Source: a bacterium
Lineage (GTDB): Bacteria > CLD3 > SB21
Reading direction: 5' to 3'
DNA: 64,000 bases
Assembly: GCA_013360215.1 (NCBI GenBank)
Contig: JABWCP010000002.1
Location: 62,001-126,000, forward strand
This document shows, in pieces, positions 48,488 to 59,554 of the stretch. The position numbers were made by a program, and so were the translations under genes. Position 1 is the stretch's first letter, and every line of letters starts with the position of its first letter. The notes beneath the pieces were generated by a model, which worked only from the letters and a program-made list of their open reading frames with translations, did not search any database and was not told where the DNA came from.

Positions 48488-49957
48488 TTACTTCCTTATT
48501 TTTATTACAAATTGAGTTCCTTTTCCTAGTGCTGTTTTAAACTCGAGATCTGAATTGATCTGCTTTATAATTCCAAAAGCTACGCTAAGCCCGAGTCCAC
48601 TACCTTTGCCTACATCTTTGGTAGTAAAGAATGGGTCAAACATTCTTTCTTGTACTTCTTTTGATATGCCTAAGCCATTATCTGTAATACTTATGTTAAT
48701 CTCTTCTGGATTAGCGAACAAACTTACTATTATTTTAGGAATTTCTGATTTGTTTAAACGAGCTGCATCAATTCCATTTTCGATAATAGCCATGATAGCT
48801 TGATTTAGTAATCCTGGATTGCACGCAAGTTCAGCCGATTCAGTTCGATCACATTTTTTTGAATAATTAAATTCTACATCGGTATATTGGCTTTTCACTA
48901 AATAAATCATCGTTTCAAGACTATCGCACAAATTGACTGTTTTGAATTCGGCGGAATCTAAATTACTGAAATTTTTTAGTTTATTTACTATGTCAACAAT
49001 TCTTTTAGAGCCATTATTGCAAGAAGCCAGTAATTTATCTAAGTCATTGATCAAAAACTGATAGTCAATTCGTTCTTTAATCGAATTAACATAATGTTTT
49101 TGTTGATCTATGGTGTCGAAATCCTTATCCCAAACAGATACTAATGCTTTTAAATCGTTGACATATTCCGCTAATGATTGCAGGTTACCATCTATAAAAG
49201 TCAAAGGATTGTTTATTTCGTGAGCAATACCTGCTGTCATAGTTCCAAGCGATGCCAATTTTTCCTTCTGTACGAGTTGTAGTTCTTTTTCTTCCAATTG
49301 TTTATAAGCTTTTTCTAATTCAGATTTACGCTGACTTAATTCAAACTGCGCTTGAAATGACTTTTTCCTCAAATGCACATGTATATAAGCGCCGGACAAT
49401 GCAACCATGTACAAAAATAGCATCACCGACTGACGATAGATATAGCTATCGGTTTCGACATCTGTTTCAAGAAAATAAATACACGCATTAGAAAAAAATA
49501 TAATCACATATAAGTACAAATATTGCCTGAAGGTGTAATTAAAAAAGGCTAAAATATACACGGCTATCACGATGTAAACCGGATACGTTGGCGCTTCATA
49601 CCCTCCTAAACGTATGATAAAAAAAGGAAACGTAATGGCCCAAACCGTGAAAAGAATCAGAGATATCTGTGTAACATTTTGCCTGAATGAACGGTAACGA
49701 AATAAAAATAATAGAAGTACACCCAAACCAATCAAAGCTAAATTATAATACGGAACGCCTCCCCATCCGCTTATAATTCGTACAATGCCAACAATGAACT
49801 GAGTAAAAATCAAAAACCATATAAATACGACTGCATTTTTCCTATTTTGATTATTAGCTATTCGATGAAATTCGGTACGCGCATTCGGATTCGAATCGAA
49901 AAAACTTGCAAGCTCCGATTCATGGAAGCCCGTAATTTTTTCTAAAAATGAAACCAT
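48488..49957 (-). CDS. Membrane sensor histidine kinase (NtrB-like core)
   Basis: About 6 TM helices; AHEINNPL, DNGLGI, FDPFFTTK.VGKGSGLGLS. Confidence 0.9.
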   Translation of the reverse strand: MVSFLEKITGFHESELASFFDSNPNARTEFHRIANNQNRKNAVVFIWFLIFTQFIVGIVRIISGWGGVPYYNLALIGLGVLLLFLFRYRSFRQNVTQISLILFTVWAITFPFFIIRLGGYEAPTYPVYIVIAVYILAFFNYTFRQYLYLYVIIFFSNACIYFLETDVETDSYIYRQSVMLFLYMVALSGAYIHVHLRKKSFQAQFELSQRKSELEKAYKQLEEKELQLVQKEKLASLGTMTAGIAHEINNPLTFIDGNLQSLAEYVNDLKALVSVWDKDFDTIDQQKHYVNSIKERIDYQFLINDLDKLLASCNNGSKRIVDIVNKLKNFSNLDSAEFKTVNLCDSLETMIYLVKSQYTDVEFNYSKKCDRTESAELACNPGLLNQAIMAIIENGIDAARLNKSEIPKIIVSLFANPEEINISITDNGLGISKEVQERMFDPFFTTKDVGKGSGLGLSVAFGIIKQINSDLEFKTALGKGTQFVIKIRK

Positions 49958-50114
49958 AGTTGTGTTTTATGATATATGTGAATAGGCAAACTAATAAATG
50001 ATAATCATTTAAAATCCAGTTATCAAAATATTTCTTGTATATGCTGCATTCTGATGTTAATTTGATCGCCGTAGGTCGGTTTCTCACACTAATAATATAA
50101 ATATATCTTCTCTC

Positions 50115-51263
50115 ATGGAACAAGTAGGCATTAATAGTAATGTATATGCCGGTGGTAAGATTTTTCATATCCAAACCGCTGGAAGCTATAATGATCTCGT
50201 TGTACAATCTGAAATTTTTGAAGCCGGGCGCATTATTTCTGTTCAAAAGAAACGTATTACTGATGTAACAGAAATGCCGGAAGATGATTTTCGAGAATTC
50301 GTCAAAAAGTATCATCATGAAGTAGCGTGGGAAGTTGAACTCATGTTTTTTATGCGTGAAAAGATCAGAAACACCACGCATACGGTATCCAATAGCAAAA
50401 TTGGCCTTTTATTCTTGAGAAAAGGCTTTCTTGATGAAGCCATTTCCGAATTTCAACATACGATCGAGCATGATCCGGATCTTGTGGAAGTTTACAATCA
50501 TTTAGGACTCGCCTATCTACAGCGTGGCGATTTTTCGCTAGCTATCGAATCTATTCAAAAAGGCATCGAACTGAGACCTCAATTTCCTGATCTGCGTAAT
50601 AACCTCGGGTTTGCATATGGTAAAGCGAAAAAGTATAGTGAAGCGATAACGGAATATGATAAAGCATTAGCGATTAACCCCCACTATGTAGTCGTGCATC
50701 TAAATAAAGCGATAACTTTCCTCGAAAGTATTCTCAACAATGGCGATACAGGAAGTCTTCCGGAAGTTCAAGATCGAATACTCACCGTAAGCTCTATTTT
50801 TAAAACCACATTGATGACAAATCCTGATTTTGCAAATTATCGTTTTTATACATTTAGATTTGAAAAGATTTTAAAACATTTGACCGCATCAGCTTATGTC
50901 CAAGCCATTGACATTATTTTGGAAGTTAAAGAATCTATTCAAAAACCAAGTCTTGATGAGACTATTCACGGATTTTATTTAAAGTTCCTTTTCGGAGGAG
51001 CCGGTAAGGATGAAAAAGTTATTAACGACTACCGCGCACAATTAGAGCAACATATAAACGAAAATCCGACTTACGCCGATTTGCATAATTCGCTTGGTTT
51101 AGTATATCTGATTCAATGCCGAAATTTATTCCTTAAGGCCATGTCGCAATTCAAAAAAGCTTACGAAATAAACCCTTCTTACAAAACCGCGTATAAAAAT
51201 TTTCGTTTAGTACAGAATGACGGGCGCGAATTCCTCAATCTACTTCGCGCTATCTTAAAATAA
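50115..51263 (+). CDS. TPR-repeat protein
   Basis: YNHLGLAY, DLRNNLGFAY, ADLHNSLG repeats. Confidence 0.85.
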   Translation: MEQVGINSNVYAGGKIFHIQTAGSYNDLVVQSEIFEAGRIISVQKKRITDVTEMPEDDFREFVKKYHHEVAWEVELMFFMREKIRNTTHTVSNSKIGLLFLRKGFLDEAISEFQHTIEHDPDLVEVYNHLGLAYLQRGDFSLAIESIQKGIELRPQFPDLRNNLGFAYGKAKKYSEAITEYDKALAINPHYVVVHLNKAITFLESILNNGDTGSLPEVQDRILTVSSIFKTTLMTNPDFANYRFYTFRFEKILKHLTASAYVQAIDIILEVKESIQKPSLDETIHGFYLKFLFGGAGKDEKVINDYRAQLEQHINENPTYADLHNSLGLVYLIQCRNLFLKAMSQFKKAYEINPSYKTAYKNFRLVQNDGREFLNLLRAILK

Positions 51264-51522
51264 TTCCCACCTTTTTTATCATCACTTTATTTCTATTAAT
51301 TTCTCATTTCATGACTGTTTTATCGTTTCGGAGTATAATCTAATAATGGTAGTCTCTACCTCAAAAAGCATCAATATTTGTATTTTTTTGAGAAAGTGAA
51401 TTATTATCGAACAAATATAATAATTTGGAGTGTTAAGCTCATCACAGAAACCCTGTAAACTGCATCACACTAATTTATTTAAGTTCTATAAAAACAAGTC
51501 GTTAATATTCTAATATTAACAT

Positions 51523-51537
51523 TGGTACGTATTTTGT
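51523..51537 (+). promoter_or_regulatory. Putative sigma54 promoter
   Basis: TGGTACG-TATT-TTGT; preceded by inverted repeat GTTAATATT-CT-AATATTAAC (51501-51520). Confidence 0.5.
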
Positions 51538-51562
51538 TCTAAATGATTATCAGTAATAAATA

Positions 51563-51994
51563 ATGAAAGAAGGTTATCTGATGATCCCCGGTGTCAAGCT
51601 AAATAGTGAAGTTTTCGATAACATGAAACTTTGTAACCGAAAAACGGTGCTTGTGGTAGAAGATGAACCTGGAATTCGTTTTGTAACGTCAGAATTCTTA
51701 AAGATGAGTAATTTTCAGGTCGTAACGGCGGAAAACGGTCAAGAGGCTATGAAAATTATAGTGGATAATAAGATCGATGTCGTAGTAACGGATATCATGA
51801 TGCCTAAAGTAAACGGGTTGGAACTTTTAAAATTTGTTCGTCGACTCAAAGGTGAGTCATTCCCTGTCGTTGTTGTTTCGGGTTCGGATTTAGAAAGTTT
51901 GCGCGTCATTGAAAGTGAACATACACGCACGCTGAGAAAACCTTACGGATTAGATCGTTTGGCAAAAGAAATACAAAGCATATCTCAAAACTAA
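51563..51994 (+). CDS. Single-domain response regulator (start uncertain)
   Basis: VLVVEDE, VTDIMMPKVNG, KP. Confidence 0.88.
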   Translation: MKEGYLMIPGVKLNSEVFDNMKLCNRKTVLVVEDEPGIRFVTSEFLKMSNFQVVTAENGQEAMKIIVDNKIDVVVTDIMMPKVNGLELLKFVRRLKGESFPVVVVSGSDLESLRVIESEHTRTLRKPYGLDRLAKEIQSISQN

Positions 51995-51999
51995 ACTCA

Positions 52000-52560
52000 T
52001 TAACTGCCTTTAATCAAAGTTATTTCATCAATTTTATCGTATTCTTCCAAACAAACTTTTACTTTATCATTCATTTCTGAAGTAATTTTTTTTCCATAAA
52101 TATCCGATTGGATCGGCAACTCGCGACATCCCCTGTCTATAAGTACGGCCAACTGAATCCGTGACGGTCGCCCGAAATCCATAAGTTCATCCATTGCCGC
52201 TCGCACCGATCGACCCGTAAAAAGCACATCATCGACAAGCACCAGGGGGCGTTCATTGATGTTAAAACGTATCTCGGTACTTTGTACTAATGGTTGCTTT
52301 AGCTTCGCTCTCGTATCATCCCGATAAAAGCTCACATCTAATACTCCCATCGGCAGCTCAATATCGGAAAATTTTTTAATCAAAATTTGTAATCGACGCG
52401 CAATAAATTCACCGCGGGTCCTCATCCCTATTAAAGCTAGAGACTCTATGTTCGGATTGGAAGAAATGAGCGATCGCGCCATACTTTCAAGCATGGTATT
52501 AATTTCCTGTGCCCTTGCTATGGTTATAGTTTTTTCTACGGCATTCATCTCTAATTCCAT
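52000..52560 (-). CDS. pyrR: Bifunctional pyr operon regulator / uracil phosphoribosyltransferase
   Basis: LDVSFYRDD, LVDDVLFTGRSVRAA, DRGCRELPI. Confidence 0.92.
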   Translation of the reverse strand: MELEMNAVEKTITIARAQEINTMLESMARSLISSNPNIESLALIGMRTRGEFIARRLQILIKKFSDIELPMGVLDVSFYRDDTRAKLKQPLVQSTEIRFNINERPLVLVDDVLFTGRSVRAAMDELMDFGRPSRIQLAVLIDRGCRELPIQSDIYGKKITSEMNDKVKVCLEEYDKIDEITLIKGS

Positions 52561-54671
52561 TATTTATTGGTATTACGTTGCAAACGATGAATTTGACCAA
52601 GTGTTAATTCGAATAACATAAGAATTATCGCAAAGGCAATAAACCATTTCCAGCTTTCGATGCCAAATCGTGATTGTAAAATATAGTGCTCAATAGATTC
52701 TTTTTCAGTTAAAAACGTAATATTTGCAATGCCGCTAAATATTTTAAGAGAGTCCGATTCCCATGTCGCAAATTCACTTTCTTGGTTTGGGATATTGGCA
52801 CTTACCAACGTAAGCACTCGAGAATCATTTTTATCCACTAGAGAATAATTACCCGCCATATCGAGTTTATCAATTTGAGCTATTTTGATGTTATTTTGGA
52901 CTACTAAAGATGGGATGTAGTCACTCTGTTCACCAGTAAGACTGCGCATACGGACCATATCATTCGCATCTCTTTGAATACGAACTTTGACAGCGTCGCC
53001 GACAACGAATTGATTTTTATCATTTTCCTTACCATACAAGGCATATAAACAACGGTGCATAAGTGGTACGAAAAACGCACGAATGGGCAGATCATTCCAA
53101 GTCATAACTGGCATTGATGTCATAAGCATAAAATGACCGTTGTAAATAGCATATTCGGTTAAAAAATTACCGCTTTTTCCAAACGTTAGGATGTTTTGAC
53201 CTTGGCGGGAATCTGTATTAAAGTAACGATAAAATTTTGGGGACTCAATATTCTTCAAAGAAGTGCGGTCCGTAAAAATATCTGCAATCAAAGGATGCGG
53301 CTGAGCATCAAATTGAAGTTCAATAAACGAATGGTTTTCGCTATTGAGCGAAACCATCTGAATCAAACGCGATACATCTAGTCTATCCGCGATTTGTTTA
53401 TTAAATTGGGTGATATCCGTTTTAGTACCCGGAATCATGAGAATTCCGCCACCCTCTTTCAAGAATTCTACGACTCGGTTAGTCTGAGATTCGTCCCAAC
53501 GGCCAGGGTTTACAAGAATCAGAACATCAAATTTTTTCAGGTCAACGGTTGCAAGTTTGTCAAACAAAACTGATTTGGTAATGATGTTACCCGCTTGTTG
53601 GTCATGCGCTTTAAGCGCAAGCTCTATAAATTCTTTGTCTGCGAGTTCACCGGCCACAAGAACTTTGATATCTGATGGAACATAATAATGAAAATAATAT
53701 CTATTATTTGCTAAAAAACCATCATCATCTAACTCCGCGTAACCGGAAACAAAGCCTGATTCGGATGCTGGGAATGAAATGCGCACATCGTTATCAGTTT
53801 TAGCATCAACCTGTAAAACGGACTGGCCTACTCGTTTCCCATTAGCATAGACGTGCAAAATTCTTTCACCGGACTGGGTTGACAATGAATTTCGTATCGT
53901 ACAAACCATTTCGATCGGGCGATTTTTTTGAAAAAAACGATTTTCGGTCTCAGTTTTTAATATGGCTAGGTCCGATTCCGGTTTCCCATCGATAGCGATG
54001 ACAACTAAATGCGGCTTGATATGGCCGTAATCTGGAATTTGAGTATTAAATCGGTCGGATTTTTGCAAATCAGAGATGATATAAATTTCACGGTTGGGGT
54101 TTTTAGCCTGTGCTAAAAGGCTCACGGATTCGTGCAGAGCTTTATCTATAGCAAATGAATAATTTTCGATAACAATATTTTTAAGTCGAGCCCGTGCTTC
54201 AGAAAAATTAGAACTCCAATTTAAATTAGAAGCTTTTTTTAATCCTGACGCATCTATAATAACAAATTCATCGCCTTCTTGAAGATGCGAAATGACTTCC
54301 ATTGCCTTATTTTTTATGCGTTCCAGCGCTTGTCCGCGTTGATTTACGGACGAAGCGCTGAGTGAATTATCAAGTATAAGTACAACAGAAGTTTTAGCAT
54401 GGGCGTTTATGTTTCCGTTTGTTGCGGACCACTTCCACACCGGTCGCCCAAATGCTATAACGAGGCACGCTACGATCATCGCTCTGATAATTAACAATAA
54501 TATCTGTTGCCAACGTAACTTTTTAATTTGTTTTTTTTGGAGTGCTTTTAAAAAACGATTGGAGCTAAAAGGAACAACACGTGCTTTTTTTCGATTGAGC
54601 AGATGAATCAATATTGGAATAGATGCCAATACCAGACCATACAATAAAAAAGCATTTAAGAAACTAAACAT
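52560..54671 (-). CDS. BatA-domain / vWA membrane protein
   Basis: IPILIHLLN, LLLIIR, LDNSLS, ISDLQ, terminal TM. Confidence 0.85.
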   Translation of the reverse strand: MFSFLNAFLLYGLVLASIPILIHLLNRKKARVVPFSSNRFLKALQKKQIKKLRWQQILLLIIRAMIVACLVIAFGRPVWKWSATNGNINAHAKTSVVLILDNSLSASSVNQRGQALERIKNKAMEVISHLQEGDEFVIIDASGLKKASNLNWSSNFSEARARLKNIVIENYSFAIDKALHESVSLLAQAKNPNREIYIISDLQKSDRFNTQIPDYGHIKPHLVVIAIDGKPESDLAILKTETENRFFQKNRPIEMVCTIRNSLSTQSGERILHVYANGKRVGQSVLQVDAKTDNDVRISFPASESGFVSGYAELDDDGFLANNRYYFHYYVPSDIKVLVAGELADKEFIELALKAHDQQAGNIITKSVLFDKLATVDLKKFDVLILVNPGRWDESQTNRVVEFLKEGGGILMIPGTKTDITQFNKQIADRLDVSRLIQMVSLNSENHSFIELQFDAQPHPLIADIFTDRTSLKNIESPKFYRYFNTDSRQGQNILTFGKSGNFLTEYAIYNGHFMLMTSMPVMTWNDLPIRAFFVPLMHRCLYALYGKENDKNQFVVGDAVKVRIQRDANDMVRMRSLTGEQSDYIPSLVVQNNIKIAQIDKLDMAGNYSLVDKNDSRVLTLVSANIPNQESEFATWESDSLKIFSGIANITFLTEKESIEHYILQSRFGIESWKWFIAFAIILMLFELTLGQIHRLQRNTNK

Positions 54672-54672
54672 A

Positions 54673-55389
54673 TCATGCTTTCCGTATATCGGAATCTATT
54701 CCGCCGTCTTCGATACGAATCACTCGTTGTGCACGTTCAGCCAAAGCTTCGTTATGTGTTACCACGACGAATGTTTTATTAAATTCGCGGCAAAGATCAA
54801 ACATGAGTTGATGCAGGTGCTCGCTAGCGCGCTTATCCAAATTTCCGGAAGGTTCATCGGCCAGAATAAGGCCCGGATCATTCATCAAAGCGCGTGCAAA
54901 CGCAACGCGTTGCTGTTCGCCGCCGGATAGCTCAGAGGGTCTATGATAATAACGCTCGGCAAGACCCACATTTTTCAAAAGATTTTTGCCCCTTTCATAA
55001 CTTGACGGATCGTTCGAAGGTTTTCCGGCAATCAATGCGGGCATAATTACGTTTTCCAGCGCAGTAAACTCCGGCAGCAAATAATGGAACTGAAAAACAA
55101 AACCAACACGCGCATTACGCAAACGTGCCATAGCAACGTCTGATAACTGACTCACCTGTGTGTTTTCAAAGAAAACATCACCGGAAGAAGGCTTATCTAA
55201 TATACCTAAAATGTGCAATAGTGTACTTTTTCCTGCGCCGGATGGTCCTAAAATTACAATAAATTCGCCCTCGTGTATATCTAGACTAATGTTATTTAAA
55301 ACAGTTAGCTCACCTTTGGCCATGGTATAATTTTTACTAATGGCTTGTGCCCGAACGAGAATTTTTTTGGATTCGGCCGAAGCTATCAT
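54673..55389 (-). CDS. lolD: Lipoprotein-releasing ABC ATPase LolD
   Basis: [19 protein letters not shown] LolD motif, [16 protein letters not shown]. Confidence 0.9.
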   Translation of the reverse strand: MIASAESKKILVRAQAISKNYTMAKGELTVLNNISLDIHEGEFIVILGPSGAGKSTLLHILGILDKPSSGDVFFENTQVSQLSDVAMARLRNARVGFVFQFHYLLPEFTALENVIMPALIAGKPSNDPSSYERGKNLLKNVGLAERYYHRPSELSGGEQQRVAFARALMNDPGLILADEPSGNLDKRASEHLHQLMFDLCREFNKTFVVVTHNEALAERAQRVIRIEDGGIDSDIRKA

Positions 55390-56222
55390 TGCGCCTCTTC
55401 GATAGTAAAAGTTGTATTAAGCGATCCCGAATATTCGACCGCCGTCGAACCGACGGTACCTGTTCCGGCAAGCTGAGTAACCAAAGACCCGTTAAGAATT
55501 CGTCCCTCCGAAAAACTGTACACCATCGTGCCTTCGATTATAACTAGAAAATTAATTTTAGACTGCTCTTGATGTTCAGGAATAGCGCCTTCTCCATTAA
55601 CTTCCAATGATAGTTTGATCTTAGCCGTAGATTTATCCGCTTCTTCCAGTTTATACCGTACGGTAAGCGTCGGATCAGTTATTTTGAGTAATTTTTTAAA
55701 GGGTAAAATGATCGCAGAATCACCTGCTGCATCGTTTAATGTCCATGTTTCTCCAATTTTGAGAGTTTTTTCAGGAAATGGTATAAACATATAACGCCAA
55801 ATGTTTTCAATACCGCTTTCCGCTAAAACTCCGTTTTTTAAGGTCAACGATTTTTCTAACAATGTCCCAAAACGATCAACACCGATTTCTACATGATCAT
55901 TGGCAAAAAGTTTAGCCATTTTGTAAGTAAGATTTTGCCCATTGATCGTGTATCGTGTTAATTCGATGTCATTAGCTATCTGCGCACTGCCTTCACCGTC
56001 AACGTGCAAGATATTTTGATGAATATCATAGGCGGTTTCACCATATATTGAATTATTGTATGCGGACGAAATCGTTGAAAAATTCTTATACGTACTGACA
56101 GCAACGCGGTATTTATCGCCTTCATTAAATTTGTAAGTTAATACAACGAGTCTGTCTTTTTGTGAAAAAGCTGTACTCGCAACAGTTAAAAACAAAATTA
56201 AATAGAATTTTAAAAATCGCAT
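55386..56222 (-). CDS. Hypothetical exported protein
   Basis: Signal peptide; LTYKFNEGD, FPEKTLKIGETW; embedded in the lol operon. Confidence 0.65.
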   Translation of the reverse strand: MRFLKFYLILFLTVASTAFSQKDRLVVLTYKFNEGDKYRVAVSTYKNFSTISSAYNNSIYGETAYDIHQNILHVDGEGSAQIANDIELTRYTINGQNLTYKMAKLFANDHVEIGVDRFGTLLEKSLTLKNGVLAESGIENIWRYMFIPFPEKTLKIGETWTLNDAAGDSAIILPFKKLLKITDPTLTVRYKLEEADKSTAKIKLSLEVNGEGAIPEHQEQSKINFLVIIEGTMVYSFSEGRILNGSLVTQLAGTGTVGSTAVEYSGSLNTTFTIEEAQ

Positions 56223-56229
56223 AGAATCC

Positions 56230-57459
56230 TTATGATTTTAAAGCTTCGAGTGGTAAAAGTTTTGCGGCTTTTCTGGCGGGATAGTACGTAGCGAAAAGAC
56301 ACAATAAAACGGACATGACGATGACCGCAAAAAAATCAATCCACTGGAGTTCCATAGGTATGGCATCCAAAAAGAAAATGTCTCCCGGCAGCTTAAAAAT
56401 GCCCCATTGTAGTTGAATAAAACAAATCGAATAACCTACAATACATCCGGCGACAATTCCTATGCTCCCGACGATCAGGCCTTGTCTTACAAAGATGGAC
56501 GAAATAAATTTTTGATTAGCGCCTATTGATTTGAGAATTCCAATTTCTTGTGTTTTCTGCATAACGACCATGATCAATGTGCTAACGATATTAAAACCGG
56601 CTACCATGATAATCATACTCAGCAGTAAAAGCGACCCCCATTTTTCCAGTTTCATCGCGGCATACAAGTCGCGGTGCATATCATACCATGTTTCATATAC
56701 AAAACTCTCACCTAACTCAGTGCGTATCGCATTTTCGTATTCGGACGCTTGTGCTATATTCTCAAAACGAATATCCAAGCCGGTAATCGCCTCCTCTTTT
56801 TCAAATAGTTTCTGGGCTTCCGGTATGGATATAAATACGTAGGCATTATCATACTCGTACATATCGGTTTTAAACAAACCCGTTACCACATATCGACGCA
56901 TGGGTGGAGCGCTAAAAGGCCCTGTAACCCCGGAAGGACTAATAACTGTCACCGTATCGCCTGTACTCACATCAAGGTTAATTGCAACACTCAAACCAAG
57001 CAGTATTCCTGATAATCCTTCAGATTGCACTTCAAAATCAATTTTACCGGCAGCCATGTTTTTAGAAAGATCGGAAACTTGAACTAAACGCTTTTCTTCG
57101 GTGCCCTTTACAAATACGATGTGGCTGGATTGACGGCTGGTTATCATTGCTTTTTCAAGTATGTAAGGCGCCGCTCCGTTGATTGGGTACTGTTTTCGCA
57201 AAATGTTTTCTACGGAATCCGGTGATTTCATAGGAATTTCATTTTGCATTTTTATTTTACCGTGTGCATCGAATCCTACAAAACGGTTTTTAATTTCCGT
57301 TTCAAACCCATTGAGCACCGTAAGTACAAGGATGATTGACATTACCCCAACCATTACCCCTAATACTGAAATACCGCCGATAAGTGTTACAAAAAAGTTA
57401 TCTTTGCGGGGTTTCAGGTAACGTAAAGCTATAAACCATTCCGATGGCATTTTTTTCAT
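56230..57459 (-). CDS. LolC/E family lipoprotein-releasing permease
   Basis: IALRYL, VLNGFE, EIGILKSIGA, YPARKAA. Confidence 0.9.
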   Translation of the reverse strand: MKKMPSEWFIALRYLKPRKDNFFVTLIGGISVLGVMVGVMSIILVLTVLNGFETEIKNRFVGFDAHGKIKMQNEIPMKSPDSVENILRKQYPINGAAPYILEKAMITSRQSSHIVFVKGTEEKRLVQVSDLSKNMAAGKIDFEVQSEGLSGILLGLSVAINLDVSTGDTVTVISPSGVTGPFSAPPMRRYVVTGLFKTDMYEYDNAYVFISIPEAQKLFEKEEAITGLDIRFENIAQASEYENAIRTELGESFVYETWYDMHRDLYAAMKLEKWGSLLLLSMIIMVAGFNIVSTLIMVVMQKTQEIGILKSIGANQKFISSIFVRQGLIVGSIGIVAGCIVGYSICFIQLQWGIFKLPGDIFFLDAIPMELQWIDFFAVIVMSVLLCLFATYYPARKAAKLLPLEALKS

Positions 57460-58727
57460 TCGTATCGCACGGCCTCCACAGGATCTAAAAAAGCGGCCTT
57501 ACGACTCGGATACAACGTCGCCAACAGGCATAACAATACGGAAAATGAAGCAATCACAAAAAAATATTCGCCTCTTATTTCCATTGGAACAGAATCCATA
57601 AAATAGACATCGGAATCCAAACTTAGCCATTTGAAATATATCTGTGACAGCATCAATGCGAGAGCCAATATCGAACCGACAACCGCGCCGATAAAACCAA
57701 TAATGAGCCCTTCGGCAAGAAAAATGCGACGTATTTCAGAACGCGTAGCACCCATAGATCGTAAAACGCCAATCTCCTTAGTCTTCTCTATGACAATCAT
57801 GAATAAGGTTCCAACAATATTAAACGCCGCAACAAAAATGATAAGACTAAAAATTATCACCATTATGAAATTGTTAGTTTCTAACCAACCAAATAAGTTA
57901 CGGTGATTATCATACCAGGTTTTCGCGTAATACGGGAAGCCCAATTCACCATTAAGAGCTTCGGCTGTGGGTTTTGCCGATTCCGGATCATTTAGTTTTA
58001 TTTCATAACCTGACACGGACGTACCGTAATCAAACAATTTAGATGCTTCCGTAATATCCACGTAAACATAGACATTATCATATTCCGCTAACCCGCTTCG
58101 GTAAATGGCCGTTACACGATACTGGCGGACAACCGGTTGCTGCAAAAACGACGGTGAATTTTGGAGGCTAAACAAAGTAAGTTTATCGCCTATTCCGACT
58201 GCAAGTTTATCGGCTAATTTTTTTCCAATAACGATACCCGGTAATTTCTTGGAGGTACTGTCGTTTGAAATATAATCACGCAAACCCAGTGGAGTTGATA
58301 CAGATACATGTGTTTTGAGGATATCTTTTTTCAGATCCAAGACCGAATGGAAACGTTGTTCATTAATTCCCTTAACGATAACACCGTCTGTAATTTGAGA
58401 CGAACGAATCATGGCCTCTTTTTCAATATAAGGGGAAAATCCGATGATGGATTTATATTCCTGAAGTCGTTCCTCTATCATATTCGTATCACCTATCGGT
58501 TCTGTGCCATCAAATGTCTTCAAACGAATATGTGCGTCAAAATTAATAAATTTGGTAATCAATTGATTTTCAAAACCGGATATGATGCACAACGTTATGA
58601 TAAGCGCGGCTGTGCCTAAGGCCACGCCGGCCATGGAAATAATGGAAATAATGGAAATGAAACCATTTTTACGTTTGGCCCACAAATAACGGCGAGCTAT
58701 AAAAGAAGGATACGAAAACAAATTCAT
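57456..58727 (-). CDS. LolC/E family lipoprotein-releasing permease
   Basis: IARRYL, IISGFE, EIGVLRSMGA, YPSRKAA.LDPVEA. Confidence 0.9.
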   Translation of the reverse strand: MNLFSYPSFIARRYLWAKRKNGFISIISIISMAGVALGTAALIITLCIISGFENQLITKFINFDAHIRLKTFDGTEPIGDTNMIEERLQEYKSIIGFSPYIEKEAMIRSSQITDGVIVKGINEQRFHSVLDLKKDILKTHVSVSTPLGLRDYISNDSTSKKLPGIVIGKKLADKLAVGIGDKLTLFSLQNSPSFLQQPVVRQYRVTAIYRSGLAEYDNVYVYVDITEASKLFDYGTSVSGYEIKLNDPESAKPTAEALNGELGFPYYAKTWYDNHRNLFGWLETNNFIMVIIFSLIIFVAAFNIVGTLFMIVIEKTKEIGVLRSMGATRSEIRRIFLAEGLIIGFIGAVVGSILALALMLSQIYFKWLSLDSDVYFMDSVPMEIRGEYFFVIASFSVLLCLLATLYPSRKAAFLDPVEAVRYE

Positions 58728-59461
58728 GATTCCCCTTGAGCAATACGATCGGAGAGATGAAACAATGCCTCACGACACTCAAAGTGTTTTTGCGGGTCAT
58801 ATTGTATGCTTTGAAGTTCTGTTTTGAGCGCATCCAATAGTCCGGTTTCACGTCGAATCATTGTTTTATAAGTCAATTTATGTTTTAGTTTTTGCATTTC
58901 GTCCGACAAAATCCTCACGTCTTTTTCGGCTTTGTGTGCCTGTTCTATAAAAAACTCATTCGCAATTAAACGTTTTTCTACATCGGGAAATAATTTTAAA
59001 TCATTTTCTATCAAAAGATATTCTTCCCTTAGACGCGTTAATTCCTTTTGGGTTTGATCCAATCGTATAAGCCAATCAGACTTCGTAACAATCAATTGGT
59101 CTATTTGTTGTTGTAACAATTCGAGTTCGATACGATCCTTAAGACCTTGTTTGGTAATCTGATCCTGCTTTTCACGAATTTTAGTCAACCGATGGAATTC
59201 ACGCGTCAGAGTTTCATGCTCTCGCTCCAGATCCGGAAGATAAGCGGTTAACTTGCGCGCGTCTTCCAAACGAACTTCAATTAATTTACATTCCGTCTCC
59301 GTATTATCAATGATGCGTTTAACGGTTTCTGAAACAGAAAATATTTTTTCATTAATATCATCGTATTTCAGTTTCTTTTTATACCACTCTTCTTCTTCCT
59401 TTAGCAAACGAATTAATTCGTTAATATCGTTTTCTTTTACTTCAGGTAACCTTTTTTCCAT
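58724..59461 (-). CDS. Hypothetical coiled-coil protein
   Basis: Likely start ATG 59461 (MEKR); heptad-rich; overlaps lolC/E start. Confidence 0.6.
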   Translation of the reverse strand: MEKRLPEVKENDINELIRLLKEEEEWYKKKLKYDDINEKIFSVSETVKRIIDNTETECKLIEVRLEDARKLTAYLPDLEREHETLTREFHRLTKIREKQDQITKQGLKDRIELELLQQQIDQLIVTKSDWLIRLDQTQKELTRLREEYLLIENDLKLFPDVEKRLIANEFFIEQAHKAEKDVRILSDEMQKLKHKLTYKTMIRRETGLLDALKTELQSIQYDPQKHFECREALFHLSDRIAQGES

Positions 59462-59554
59462 AATATAGTTTACCAATTTTACGCAATAAAACAAAGTTTT
59501 TGATTATATCAGCAGCCTTATCCATATTGATCAATCACATTTACAATACTAGAA

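Noticed and set aside
49920-50381. 153-aa minus-strand ORF and the other short ORFs nested in long genes
   Set aside because: Shadow frames overlapping well-supported CDSs, with no recognisable motifs.
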